NCBI GenBank assembly: GCA_903813345.2
Contig: CAIIXF020000001.1
Coordinates: 744,001 to 808,000, forward strand
DNA from: Owenia fusiformis
Taxonomy: Eukaryota
DNA length: 64,000 bases
Direction of reading: 5' to 3'
Shown here: positions 15,001-26,100 of the stretch, piece by piece
Numbering within the stretch: the first letter of the stretch is position 1
Layout: each line of letters starts with the position of its first letter
Translations under genes and position numbers: made by a program
Notes under the pieces: model-generated
The model's database searches: none
What the model was told of the DNA's origin: nothing
Seen by the model: only the letters and a program-made list of their open reading frames with translations

Positions 15001-17095
15001 AGATGAATATTGCCATTATAGTCCCCCTTTGTCTTCCAATATAGAGGATTCTTCTTCTTGTCCTCCTGTTTCGGGTAATCCCTTTTGTAGTACGTGAAAC
15101 CACCCCCTGTTCTCACCGGTTTCACTTTATGAAGACTGCAATGTAAAGTGACATTTGATCATTCTTTTATGAAATGCATGGACATCATCTGTTTCATAAA
15201 ATGATCTATCACACTTTTGTAGTAACTCCTTATATTGTAAGAGCTCAGATCAATGGAGTGTCATAATATCAGAGCATATTGTTTATGAAAGAAAGACGCT
15301 GACCATTACAGAATGACATTTTCCAGTCTTGTACCAGTTTAAAAATGCGGAAACGAACCTTCCAACAAAAGTATCCTGGACAAATAAAAGGACAATGAAT
15401 CTCTTTTCATTTGTGTGCATTTTACATGTTTATAATAATGAAGCATTTCAATGGTATTTGGTGTGATACCCCGAACGTAAGTTAAGTTACAATCTAACAA
15501 AGTAGTCTTTTGAGAAGAAGCGAAACCCATGTCTATTCACTCACTGAGGTATTGCACTCTGTTCGCACCCATAGCACAATTCATTGTCCACCCGCTGGCA
15601 CCCCGTGCATAACCCCGGCCATACATAAGGGTTCTCTCTTTTCTCCGTCTCTGATAGCTCCTTGTTGTGGAGCGGCGCCGTCCATGCTATGGGCAGAAAC
15701 ACCTTGTCGCCTGCGTTCTCGAGGGCGTCCCTGTAGTACTGACTGGAGTGGTAATACGCTGCCGAGTCGGATGACCGCGACCTGACATGCTTTTTCTTTA
15801 GCACAGCCGTTGCTAGATTTGGCAGATTTTCTGGGAAGCTGAAACTGAAATTATGAAGGATGTGTAACTACTTGTGTATTTGGAAAATCTTTTGTTCATA
15901 ATTCGGTCAATTGCCATTTTGCGGAAGTATTTAGAAAATGTGAGGTATTTAAATGGATATATGAATTGTTTTTCCTCATTTGTATGCTAAAAACTGACAA
16001 TATATTGCCGTCTTTGAGTCACGTTAGCATTTATATTCAAATATTTCCCCTGTGTAACTGATTCATTAATGGTCACTTACGGAAAGCAAATCATTTAAAA
16101 TTACTAAATAATGTTATTGACTCGGTTACCTTGAGGGGAGAAAGTTTTCCTCTTCTCCGATATCCTAGAAATAAAGACATGCATTTGTAATTATTGAACT
16201 TGTTGGATGAGATAATCCCATTGTGTGCACTTATTTATGCTAATTTGAGTATATTACATAAAGTTCTTTACTCGGAGAGACTGGGCCTAGTTCTGACTAT
16301 GTGCAAATGAAGTTATCCTTTATGGAAGCGAAATTTAGCTATTGGAAAGGGAAAAACATTCGGTCTCATTCATTTAATTGTATACTTATTTTAATTAATC
16401 ATGATGAAACTACCGTATAAAATGCCATTGAATGTGAAAAATTACATAAAAAGAACAAGTGAAGGTGTCGTACCGTATGACTCCTAAATTAGTAGGCCTA
16501 ACGGTTTTAAATCTTGAAATGGAAATAGCTAAATTCAAATTGTTTTCTAGTTTGTTTATTATCTGTTTTATCTTGGAATCGTATCAAATACCTCGATTCT
16601 TGATTGAATGATATTTCTCAACCATTCATTCGCTACAGCGATTTGAATATATGATCAGAGACATTGTAAACTCATTAAAAACAAAACAAATGCATAAATT
16701 ACCGCTAATGAACCGGGGAAGGAATCACTTCTCGATAAATGAGAACTGAACCCGTGCTTCAATCTACTCGCTCTGAGTCTTTCTAACTTTTCTGGGTTAA
16801 CTCTTGAAAAATCAGGCCTAGCCACTACTGGCACATGGGGCAGTCTCCAGTCTGAAGAATTGCTTGGAGCACCTCCATGTTGTAATCTCCATTTAGCCTC
16901 GTAGATCTTTGTCTGGAAGACACTTTCGGTGTCCAATTCTCTGCCTCTCGTGTCTCTTAGTATGATCTTCGGCAGGCGAGGAGTCATCGATGTAGCAGTC
17001 GTGGCCAGTGATTTGGTTTCTATGGTTTGGGAGTCTTTGTGTGGACTGATCGCACTCGATCCACCGTCAATGGAAAAATATCCATGGTCTGTCAT
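1..17095 (-). CDS. Multi-exon uncharacterised Pro/Ser/Glu-rich protein (about 1250 aa within window; 3' end runs off the window start)
   Basis: Hand-assembled GT-AG exons, all phase-consistent: 17095-16703, 16164-16130, 15838-15545, 15135-14996, 14575-14384, 14028-13675, 12137-12030, 11733-11221, 9807-9635, 9515-9376, 9097-9039, 8719-8399, 6173-5961, 3141-3040, 1925-1839, 1315-1098, 961-842, 721-606, 462-352, 87-1. Several match the ORF track (16655..17095, 15541..15804, 14349..14627, 11126..11965, 8229..8732, 1011..1409). Mostly low complexity; the last exons (DPLNYLAKYCIIQPERMPYYERVFNRTL) look like the start of a folded domain. Start codon and the donor at 8399 are less certain. Confidence 0.8.
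2495..3009. mobile_element. Non-autonomous hairpin-rich interspersed repeat (possibly Crypton-like; class uncertain)
   Basis: Inverted repeat about 2500-2540 vs 2826-2868; long hairpin 2881-2986. The end (ccctgtatccaaaacctcccagt..ataaccc) recurs inverted at about 58452-58490 and partly at 63905-63990. Confidence 0.55.
3724..5262. mobile_element. hAT-like non-autonomous element with 5-bp TSD and internal about-190-bp tandem repeats
   Basis: TIR CAGGCCCGTAGCCAG...CTGGCTACGGGCATG; TATAA on both flanks; internal repeats of ccctaggatgggccc..aaaaatgttggcccaaaaatattgtagggcc. Same TIR on the 207-bp copy at 58096-58302. Confidence 0.8.
10365..11090 (+). CDS. Intronless 241-aa ORF of unknown function nested antisense in an intron (9808-11220) of the minus-strand gene
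   Basis: 726-nt ATG-to-stop ORF in AT-rich DNA, not part of an evident repeat; internal repeat IDDSVFAKSPLN / IDETIFDKSPFN; basic C-terminal segment KSTRKRVGKFLRRYLQF. Confidence 0.5.
   Translation: MKLPFAEFSNKYPSNLDPWSVHWVGRKSTVNTRKVSSNDIDDSVFAKSPLNLATKALIRSTTYSTNAGNSSAELDQILHIEEIKDGMNMCDTWSDEMHIDVADVLRPNDSPPQIDETIFDKSPFNRAARSRKARRGRAPINNTDDFLPIGTLVCNTINQSENYERTTTDATSCKAFIETLDPIKRSGKNDKGCNHGNIEDLSTHIGIDNNHVESVEMKSTRKRVGKFLRRYLQFGGKTQAE
11370..11530. repeat. Coding minisatellite, 30-bp unit (VDDAGAGDAS-like), in exon 11733-11221
   Basis: Repeats of caacactagcatcaccagcaccagcatcat with variants; length is a multiple of 3 and keeps the minus-strand frame. Confidence 0.85.
12595..13220. mobile_element. 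Degenerate foldback/MITE-like element
   Basis: Imperfect long inverted repeat (e.g. gtacgatttttctc and gtagaatcttcacgccc vs gggtcgtgaggattc and gaaaagtcgtac); ends eroded, no TSD resolved. Confidence 0.45.
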
Positions 17096-18609
17096 TATGG
17101 GTAGGAATGTCCTGTGGCACCACTTTATATGTCCATTGGGCTATCTTGATTTATGACGTGCTCCTCATTTCAATTAATTGACTGTTGCTTTGCGTTCGAG
17201 ATCATTTTTTCATTATAAAAGAGATTACCTCTTAGGAACGGGTCCAAAGGTATTAAAAACAATGGTTCTTGTCACCTTCTCTAACTTGTATATATCACAG
17301 TTCTTAGTTGTCCATCAGTATCTTGATCTTAATAAGAACTATATCCCTAGAATATTAAGGTATGCTGGTTTGATTTTATATTCCGTTCATATACTGCTAA
17401 TTTCACATAGAGTGACACTTTCAGACAGACGTTATCAGAATATTAGAAGTGCGTATATTGCTATTTCAGTTAGCATGTAAATACAAAGCCTTATAAGAAG
17501 TTATCTCTAATATTTTCTTAATACCGTAAGTCAAATGTCGAGTCGATCTATTGTGTGAGATAAAAAGTCCGTATATTCCCAAGTCTTTATAATCCTACTT
17601 CTCAGACGCTCCTTCAAGACGCTAATCTTCGCTTAGTATCTTGACTATCCTTAAAGCTTTGACTATTATGCTTTATTCATCTAAGAATTGATCTCTAATA
17701 CTAATTCTGATCCATCTTTCAGCTGAAGTGATAATATTTCAAAACTTCCTTCAATTATTCAAGACCATTTTTACGGAGTTACCAAAAACAGGAGAGGTTC
17801 GACAGAGGACTATCTTGGTTACCTACTTTAAGGTTAAGAATGTTCTCCTTCAAGTAAACTCTATAGTATTGAGAGGTCCCTGTCAACGACAAATACAATG
17901 TGTGCTTTTTGCTTTGTGTACATTTTGCTTTAGGGAGTCTATGGGGCCAACTCAAACATTTACGATTGTATTTATTTTCTCTGCAAAATTCTATTATTAA
18001 AATGTTTGTACAGTTTCTATAATAAAACGTCCCCTTATAAAAGTTACAGAAAGGCTAGTTCTCTTAACAATACCTATTTGTTTAAAGAATTGAAACACGA
18101 AATGCAAATATTTTACGCTGATCTGGATTTAGAATAAACTGAACAACTATTTAGGGGAATTTAGAATAAGAAACACCAATGTCAATAGCAATTCGATCAA
18201 ATATTACTCCAAACTGATACATGCTAACAACAATAACATTTAAAACAATTTATATTTAACAATTTTAACAGTTTAATTGCACACACTTAGGGACAATAAT
18301 GTTTTGGGGATCGGACGTAGTCAGAGGGCGTATCCATGTCTACGACATTAGGGAAAAATTCAGTTTTGAGATAACTTTTATATCTATCACTAATTATTAT
18401 ATTTTATTACATTTATTTTAAGTCTCTGATTTGACATGAAGTTGGAATAGTATCGGTTATTCTGGTATCAAGATTGCATAAACCATTAGCCTGATACGAA
18501 AATGAGTTTCGGTGCCTTCGTGAGTTCATGCATGTACGTTGAGAATGGCGATAAGTTAGGTAAAACTAATTCAAAAAGCCGATTGATGACATTCAGTTGT
18601 GTTATAAAT

Positions 18610-19333
18610 GCTTCCTAGTCAACTCGTACCCAAGCCAATTCGTACCCAAGACAACTCGTACCCAAGACAATTCGCACCCAAGACAACTGGTACCCAAGAC
18701 AATTCGTACCCAAGACAACTCGTACCCAAGACAACTGGTACCCAAGATTATTTTCAGTATTATTGGTGCATATTAGGGAAAAAATTGAGTTTGTAATGCT
18801 TTTATGTTATAATGTGAATCAAATAAGCCTCAATATTTTTTTGAATTTAGAAGACATTTTTTCTCAATGGATCAGTAAAGCATTTTTTCTTAAATAAAAG
18901 AAGTGCTTGAAGCGCTTGTTCTCAATATTTTTTTGTCAAACATATATATAAATAAATATAATTACAACATTAGATCTGACACTTGTTCCACACACTCATG
19001 AACATACAATATTTTGAAAAATGATTATGAATATGTGGAATAAACATATGTCTCTTCACTCGAACATCCTGAATCTGTGACCAATATAAAATAATAGTCA
19101 ATAAAAATTGACACTCAGCTCAAAATGTCACAAAATTAAATCAATTTCTTCTGAAAATTCTTCTTCAAACTTTAAACTATTCTGAACAGTATGTTACAAT
19201 TATAATATGTATATCTATTCACATTCCCAGTCCAACGCTTGATTCAAAACAAAATATATACTTTGGTACGAGTTGTCTTGGGTACCAGTTGTCTTGGGTA
19301 CGACTTGTCTTGGGTACGAGTTGACCAGTTACC
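18610..19333. mobile_element. MULE/foldback-like non-autonomous element with 17-bp repeats in its TIRs
   Basis: Left arm (caactcgtacccaagac)n, right arm the inverted (gtcttgggtacgagtt)n ending gaccagttacc; TTATAAAT duplicated on both flanks (18602-18609, 19334-19341). Confidence 0.8.
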
Positions 19334-19666
19334 TTATAAATCAACCAAAAACTAGTTAGTCATCTGAAACTTCAGATATGCAGACAATAAAGTTATGCAA
19401 CAGTATGGGGGTGGCATCGTTTTTGTTGTTTGTGTTACATAAGCCGCTGTTTCCTCGGCAGTTCGTCTCCTGTAGTGTAAATTCACTTTTAGCTCTCTCC
19501 TGTGCTTAAAATCTCACTTGTTGCGTTTTGTGTGTCACCCTGTATGCCCATCATTGCAGGTTGCAAACTTGTATCCGTTGTTTGACCTTTTTGGAAAGTC
19601 TGGCTCGGCAAGACCCGTTTCCTGAGTCAATTTTGAACTCATTGATTAAAAAAGATTTAACCCCAG

Positions 19667-19812
19667 CAGGGACGTAGCCAGCTTTCAGTCAGGGGGTGCG
19701 ATTGTTGAATAAACAAGCAAAAAATAAGATTTATTTTGAATTTTACAAAAATTGATGCAACTTCCTTCATAATTGATTGCACCCATCGCCCCCCCCCCCG
19801 GCTACGCCTTAG
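19667..19812. mobile_element. Short hAT-like MITE with 5-bp TSD
   Basis: CAGGGACGTAGCC...GGCTACGCCTTAG (imperfect TIR); CCCAG on both flanks. Confidence 0.6.
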
Positions 19813-20164
19813 CCCAGAACTAAAAAAATCACTGTCTAATAATATCTCATTATTTCTTATATTCCTCGATTCTATGCATTTTTATATCCCGGGAATCCAA
19901 AATACATTTTTTTCGTGTGGTGTACAATAGAAATTCCCGGGAGACGGACAAGCAGACCAAGATATTTCGTACGGTGTATTGACCAATCATTGCAGATAAA
20001 ACAATAAACGTAAAATGCAAAGTTCATTTTGCTTCAAAATAACACTCAAATAGTACTTTGGACTCTAAATCAGTACTTCTAAGGTAGTCCAACTAAATCA
20101 CTAATAATCAATGCTGAAAGCCACCATTTGTTTAAGACGCTGCTCAATAAGTTTAATCAACAAA

Positions 20165-23100
20165 ATGGATGGGAAACGAAGGAAAGTTTTTGTTGCTGGA
20201 GTTGGAATGACCAAATTTGAGAAACCGAAAGTAAAAGATTGGGACTATCCTGATATGGGTAAAGAAGCTGGTAAGTGAAGAGTCCTGTAAAATCATATAT
20301 ACGCAAGATCTATATGAAACATTTCTCAGGTTTATCATACCTAAATACTATTATTTCAAGCTGAGATGAGACCCTATCTATTGCAAGACCATAGGCTAAG
20401 GGTTAAGTAATAGTAAGCTGTATACAGAAGAGACAGGTAAACAATTAGGATTGAAAATTTTTTCAAAAACTTGCCGTCTTGGTACGAGTTCTCCTTACTG
20501 GTATCGAGTCGTACCACCAAATCTCCCAAGAATCTTCTCCAAAGTGTTTTCGAAACGTAGATTGTTGAATATTTCAAATCTATATCCTAACTCTTCGATA
20601 AGACAGCATAAAAAAACACCAACTGTACGAACCTGCAATTGCCCGGCAAGTTGAAACTTCCGGACACATGGAAAGATTGAAATTTCACCATTTAAATTGG
20701 GTTTAAAAAGATATTATATGAATCAGATGTTTTGATAAATAATTATTAAGTAAACCTTTTATAGTTTTGTACACTTTAATTGATTGTTATTTCTAGAAAA
20801 TGAATTACATTTTAGAGAACCAGATAGGTGTCACTTGCGGCGGTTAGCAGGAACCAATCAAATTCCTTGTTTCAAACTTCCATTCATGATTCAACACGGA
20901 AGTCCGGGTAACTTGCCAGGCAATTGTAGGTTTTCAGAATATCTCACCTCAAGACGGCTTTATTCACTCTATATCACTTGAATGTGGTTGATTCATAGGT
21001 AAGAATTGAGAACTATCAATTTTGGATCAACTCTGCATTGTTTTTTGCAAATTATACACAAATAATGTTAAAATCACCATGTTAACAAGTGGCCTAAATC
21101 CTAGTTGTTCACCTGTCTCTTCTGTATACCTTACTATTACTTAACCCTTAGCCTATGTGCAAGACTTATGCCGGGCACAACCGTCACCATGTTATTAAGT
21201 GTTTTTAAGTTTCGCAAGGATCCTGCCATGACCGTGGTAGTGTTATCGTGATAGCCTGGTATAACCGTGACAATGCTATATTATATTGCATGGCCTGTCA
21301 TGACCTTGACAATGCTATACTATATGACCGTCATGGGTGTAGCGCCCGGTACGCTGGGTACGCACAGGCGTACCAGATGGTTGCAAATTCACTCCAAATA
21401 CAACCAAATTTCAAAATTTACCCCTAGTATGTATCCAACAGACTGACTAGAAGTCAGTCTGTTATGATGTACTACTTTCCTGTGGAAATTGCAGTGAAAT
21501 TTTTTGCACAAAATTATCAATTAGAGGAATCATTTCTTCAATAAAATAAACATTACAAAATTTCAATTAAATAGTAAGGTACAATTAAATGCAATAAAAG
21601 GTAACACAGCGTATTGTGAAGTGGAAATAAAGCTAGTTGAAGTAACAAATGTGCAAATTAATTTTACCCAATCGGCCATTTCGAATAGCACTTCCTTTGT
21701 AAACAAATATCTAGAATTACCAAACTTTAACATAGGTGCCTTATAGTCTGAATATAATTCAGACTAAATAGGATATAGTCTACCCAGACCCCCCTAAATG
21801 CTCGTTTTTTGATTCACTCAACTCTTGTTCCGTGGTGGTGGTGGTGTACTACTTAGAAAAATAGCGCTACGCCCATGACCGTGGTAATGTTAAAGCCTGA
21901 TATGACTGTGGCAATGGCTGTAAGGCCTGTTATGACCGTGGTAATTGAGATTAACATTTACAGTTGAATGTTATGACGAAAGAAGATATCTAAATTCATA
22001 TAATTGATATCTATCTCATTCAAAGAACGTATATTAGACGTCCATGGCAACATTATCAGAGACGGTTCTCTTCATCGGGGCTTGGCTGGAGGGTCAGGCA
22101 AGCCCTCCAATGTGTCTGTACTGATCTAAATAGTAAAAGGGAGTTCTATGTCTATACTACCTTAAATTGAAAGAGGTTGTGAGGAAAAATCAATGGAATC
22201 CTTTCAATAATCAACTACTGATTCAGTGGCGTAGCTGTAATGTACGGCAATACGCCATGGCATCTAGTTGAAAATCCTCAGTGGGGAATTTTTTATTTTA
22301 CCTATCACTAGGTAAAATAAGTTATTCACCACAAAATACATGGGAACCTCATGAAGTTTTCCTTTCCAATGTAGCATACATTTTCAAATAATTATCCCAA
22401 CGAACGAAGTTCGGTAGGGATATAGTGAAGCCCTCCGTCCGTATTCTCCGCAAAGAGGGTAAACTAAGAGGACAAATCAACATAAGACCAACAGTAAGGG
22501 GAAGGGGATAGTTTTCCGGCCGGATTAAAACGTTTAACCCACCTATGCGCAGTCTCAAGTCTGTGGACCCTGAAGAAAGATAACTAACATCGCAATCAAA
22601 TCAAGACAAAGAAAGAAGAAATTAAATGAAGAAACCAATGCAGCAAAAACAAATGACGTCCGTCCGTCCGTCTGTCCGTCCGGAAGATAACTCAAATATT
22701 AGTTGACGGATTTTCTTCATATTTGGTGGAAAGATGTATATTGATGAATAGTTTTACGCAAAAAAATTTTTTCAAGATGGCTGCCGCTTTAAAAATGACA
22801 GGACTTTTTCGCAAAAATCATAAATTTTTCATTCTAAACCAAAGTAATTAATATTATTGTTTGAAATTTTGGTAGTATTCACCTTTCCACAAAGTCAAGA
22901 AAATCGATAATTTCCGCTGCGCTGATTGGCTGTATGCAAATGAGTTCAATCGATGACGTCAATGACTGAAACATTTTAGAATTTAGTACAGGCAGTCTAT
23001 GGAAAGTCTTACTTACCTGTAAGAATTCTCATTATATTTAAATCTTTGCTAAGTGTTTGGTAGAATCTGAGGAAAATCAAAGAAGAATGGTAAGTAAGAA

Positions 23101-26100
23101 GCAAAAATCGTCAATTTTAGACAGTGTCTGTTTCATTTTTATTAGATTTAAAGCGAAGTAAGCCTAGCTTGTTACCCGGAATTTGTATAACCTCAGAGCC
23201 AGTACAACTGTACAATGCATGCACATGGTTTGTTCAATAGAGTATTAATATCCCGGGGGGTTCACTATATACAAAATTTGACGGGGGTCCTAGGCTGAAC
23301 ATAAAAATCTGTCGAATTTCAATGTGTTCCCATAGTACCAACCAAAATAATTCCCAAAAGCCATACCAAATGTCAATATATGAGATCAATGCCATACCAA
23401 TTGGCAAATGTCTAAATATAGGACCAATGCCATTCCAAATATCCAGATATATGATTTTTAGAATTTGATTTAATCAATTTAATAGAACCCACTTTCATTT
23501 CATGTTATTAATGGTCTCATAATGAGTTTGGTTTAATCCATTTGACGAGTGATTAATTAAGACTTATAATTCTAGGAGCAGGCTTCAGCGCCCAATATGA
23601 TTGAAAATGCAGAAGCTGCAAGTAATCCCTCTCATGATACTCCAACTGTTCTAGAAGATAATGACATTGTGGATACATCATCGCAAAGTAATTGCCCGTG
23701 TAGTATACTGACAGTGAATGATGTTGATGGTGCGAGTCTTAATAAACCAATTGGTCAACTGAGAAAATCTGAGTGCGTTAAATGGCTTTTGTGTCGAGGG
23801 ATTAAGCCTCATTTTAAATCCACACTAGCAGCTCTTCGAACTAAAGTAATAGAAACTGAAAAAACGCAAGCTGTTCCAGATGATTCATTGATAATAAATG
23901 ATCCCGACCCCAACAATGCAAATTTACGGGCAAAGCAATCGAAATGCACAACCTGCAAACGCAAACGCATTTGCGATAGTCATGAAACCTCACCAGATAA
24001 TGTTTTCCCGAGTAAAGGATTCTCTTCTTCCTTTCCCGTTTCTCTTACTGGCTTTACATACAGCAATATCGAAAAATATGCAAAGAACAGTGGGAAAAAA
24101 ATCAAGACAACCATGGTCGAAAAGCCTTTTGAAAAGGGCTACTATTTTTTCAGAGAAAATTATATTCATGGTACGGAATGCAAAACGGCAAACGGATATC
24201 ATTATATAAAATCAAAGTGTTACCCATCCCAGAGAAAAAATACGTCCCCCCACACGCTAAAATGTACCATAAATGATTGCGAGGTAGAATCTGCGTCATG
24301 CTCATGTAAAGCAGGAAAATCAGGCTACTGCAATCATATTATAGGATTACTGTACCAAATTGATTATATGGGACAAAATAAATTATCATTTTTCCCAAAA
24401 GAGAATTCATGTACCGACAACCCCCAAAAATGGCACAAACCACGAACAAGTGGATTGTCGTCTGATACAGTGATGCTATCTGAAGTTTCTGTACCCCATT
24501 ATGGAAAAGACACAAGTCGAGGAATTAAATCTACGTTGTTTGACCCGAGACGTGACAAAACACCAATCGACACCAAGGGATTGTATTGTGATCTTATACA
24601 GATTGGGACACCAATAGATTTTACCCTGTTAAGTGGACAATGCAATCAGAACAAAGAGCAAGTGCCAACATCCTTGGGGTTTTCTGTGCCCAGGGGAAGT
24701 ATCTTGTCATATCAAATACCCCAAAATGATCCTAATTTTCATATTGAAGACACAATAGACTATGATAATAGACAAATAATTGTTTGTCCCGATGATTTCC
24801 CACCCTTCCCATGGAGCACTTTAAGAGACGATCTGCCTTGTTACAACGGACCCCTTGACGAGTGTTCATTAAATTTCATCAATACAAATGTAGCAGTTAC
24901 AACCAACGAAGCTCTCGATCTCGAGCAGAATACAATTGGCCAAACAACCGTACCATTGTGGCATAGTTCAAGAAAATGTAGATTAACAGCAAGCAAATTC
25001 GGACAAATTGTAAACAGAAAGACTAAGGAACACTCCAAGTTTATAAGAAATGAGCTGCTTGGTGGTTCTGTTGGTAAAACCTCTGAAGCTATGAAGTATG
25101 GGATTAAAAATGAAACTGTAGCAATTGAAAAATACAAAAACTACAGAGAGTGTAATGGAAACCCCATTAAAATTATGCCCACCGGGTTGTACGTTAATCC
25201 TAAGATTCCATTTTTAGGAGCCAGTCCAGATGGCAAAATCCTAGATCCCAACGAGGGGCCTGGTTTGATTGAAGTAAAATGCAGTTACAAACATAGGGAC
25301 ATTACCGTAAAACAAGCCTGTAATTTAAAAGAGACTGTTTTTTTCATGGAAACAAAAGACGACAAACCGTCTCTAAAGAAAACGCATAGATACTTTTTTC
25401 AAATTCAAGGGCAAATGGGTATTTGTGGGGCAAATTTCTGTGATTTAATTGTGTACACGAACAGAGGTATTTGTATTGAAAGAATAGATTTTGACCAAAA
25501 CGTTTTCAATTGTATGATATCTAAATTAAGCCGTTTCTATTTTGAACATTTTTTGCCAGTGATTGTAAATTGAAGTGATATAAATATATTTATTGAACTT
25601 AATTCATTCATTCTTTCATAAAGAATAAAATGGTGTTATTGTACCTATTAATTGCATTTAAACAATGGATGCACAGTAGAATATTGTTTATACATGTACT
25701 TAATGTTGCTTAATAAATACATGGGAAATTCTCATAGTAAACCTGAAGTTATTACTGATCATATTCGTATCTACACGGATCTTCGTTAAATCTGGACGAT
25801 TATTAAAATCAACAAAAGAAAAGAGTCCATACTTTTTTTGGTAAAAAACGATCTTCACTCACATCCATAAGTTTGGCAACCGAAAGATGAAATTCGACCT
25901 ACTTTGCTTATTTCAAGTGCAGAATCAACTATGGACAGGCTTTGATATTCGAGGCCTATCCAATGAAAATCACATGTTACCAAACTTATGGAGGGTAGTG
26001 TATATCCGTTATCTCCTATGCTCTGCTCAAGCGACTGTCCTACCAATACATGTTTTATTTACACAAAATACAACAATATCACTGGGGAGTAACGTGATGC

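Noticed and set aside
23597-25573. YqaJ gene as a prophage, giant-virus insertion or bacterial contamination
   Set aside because: It lies within transposon TIRs next to a THAP-DDE transposase, has a predicted spliceosomal intron, and no other viral genes are present.
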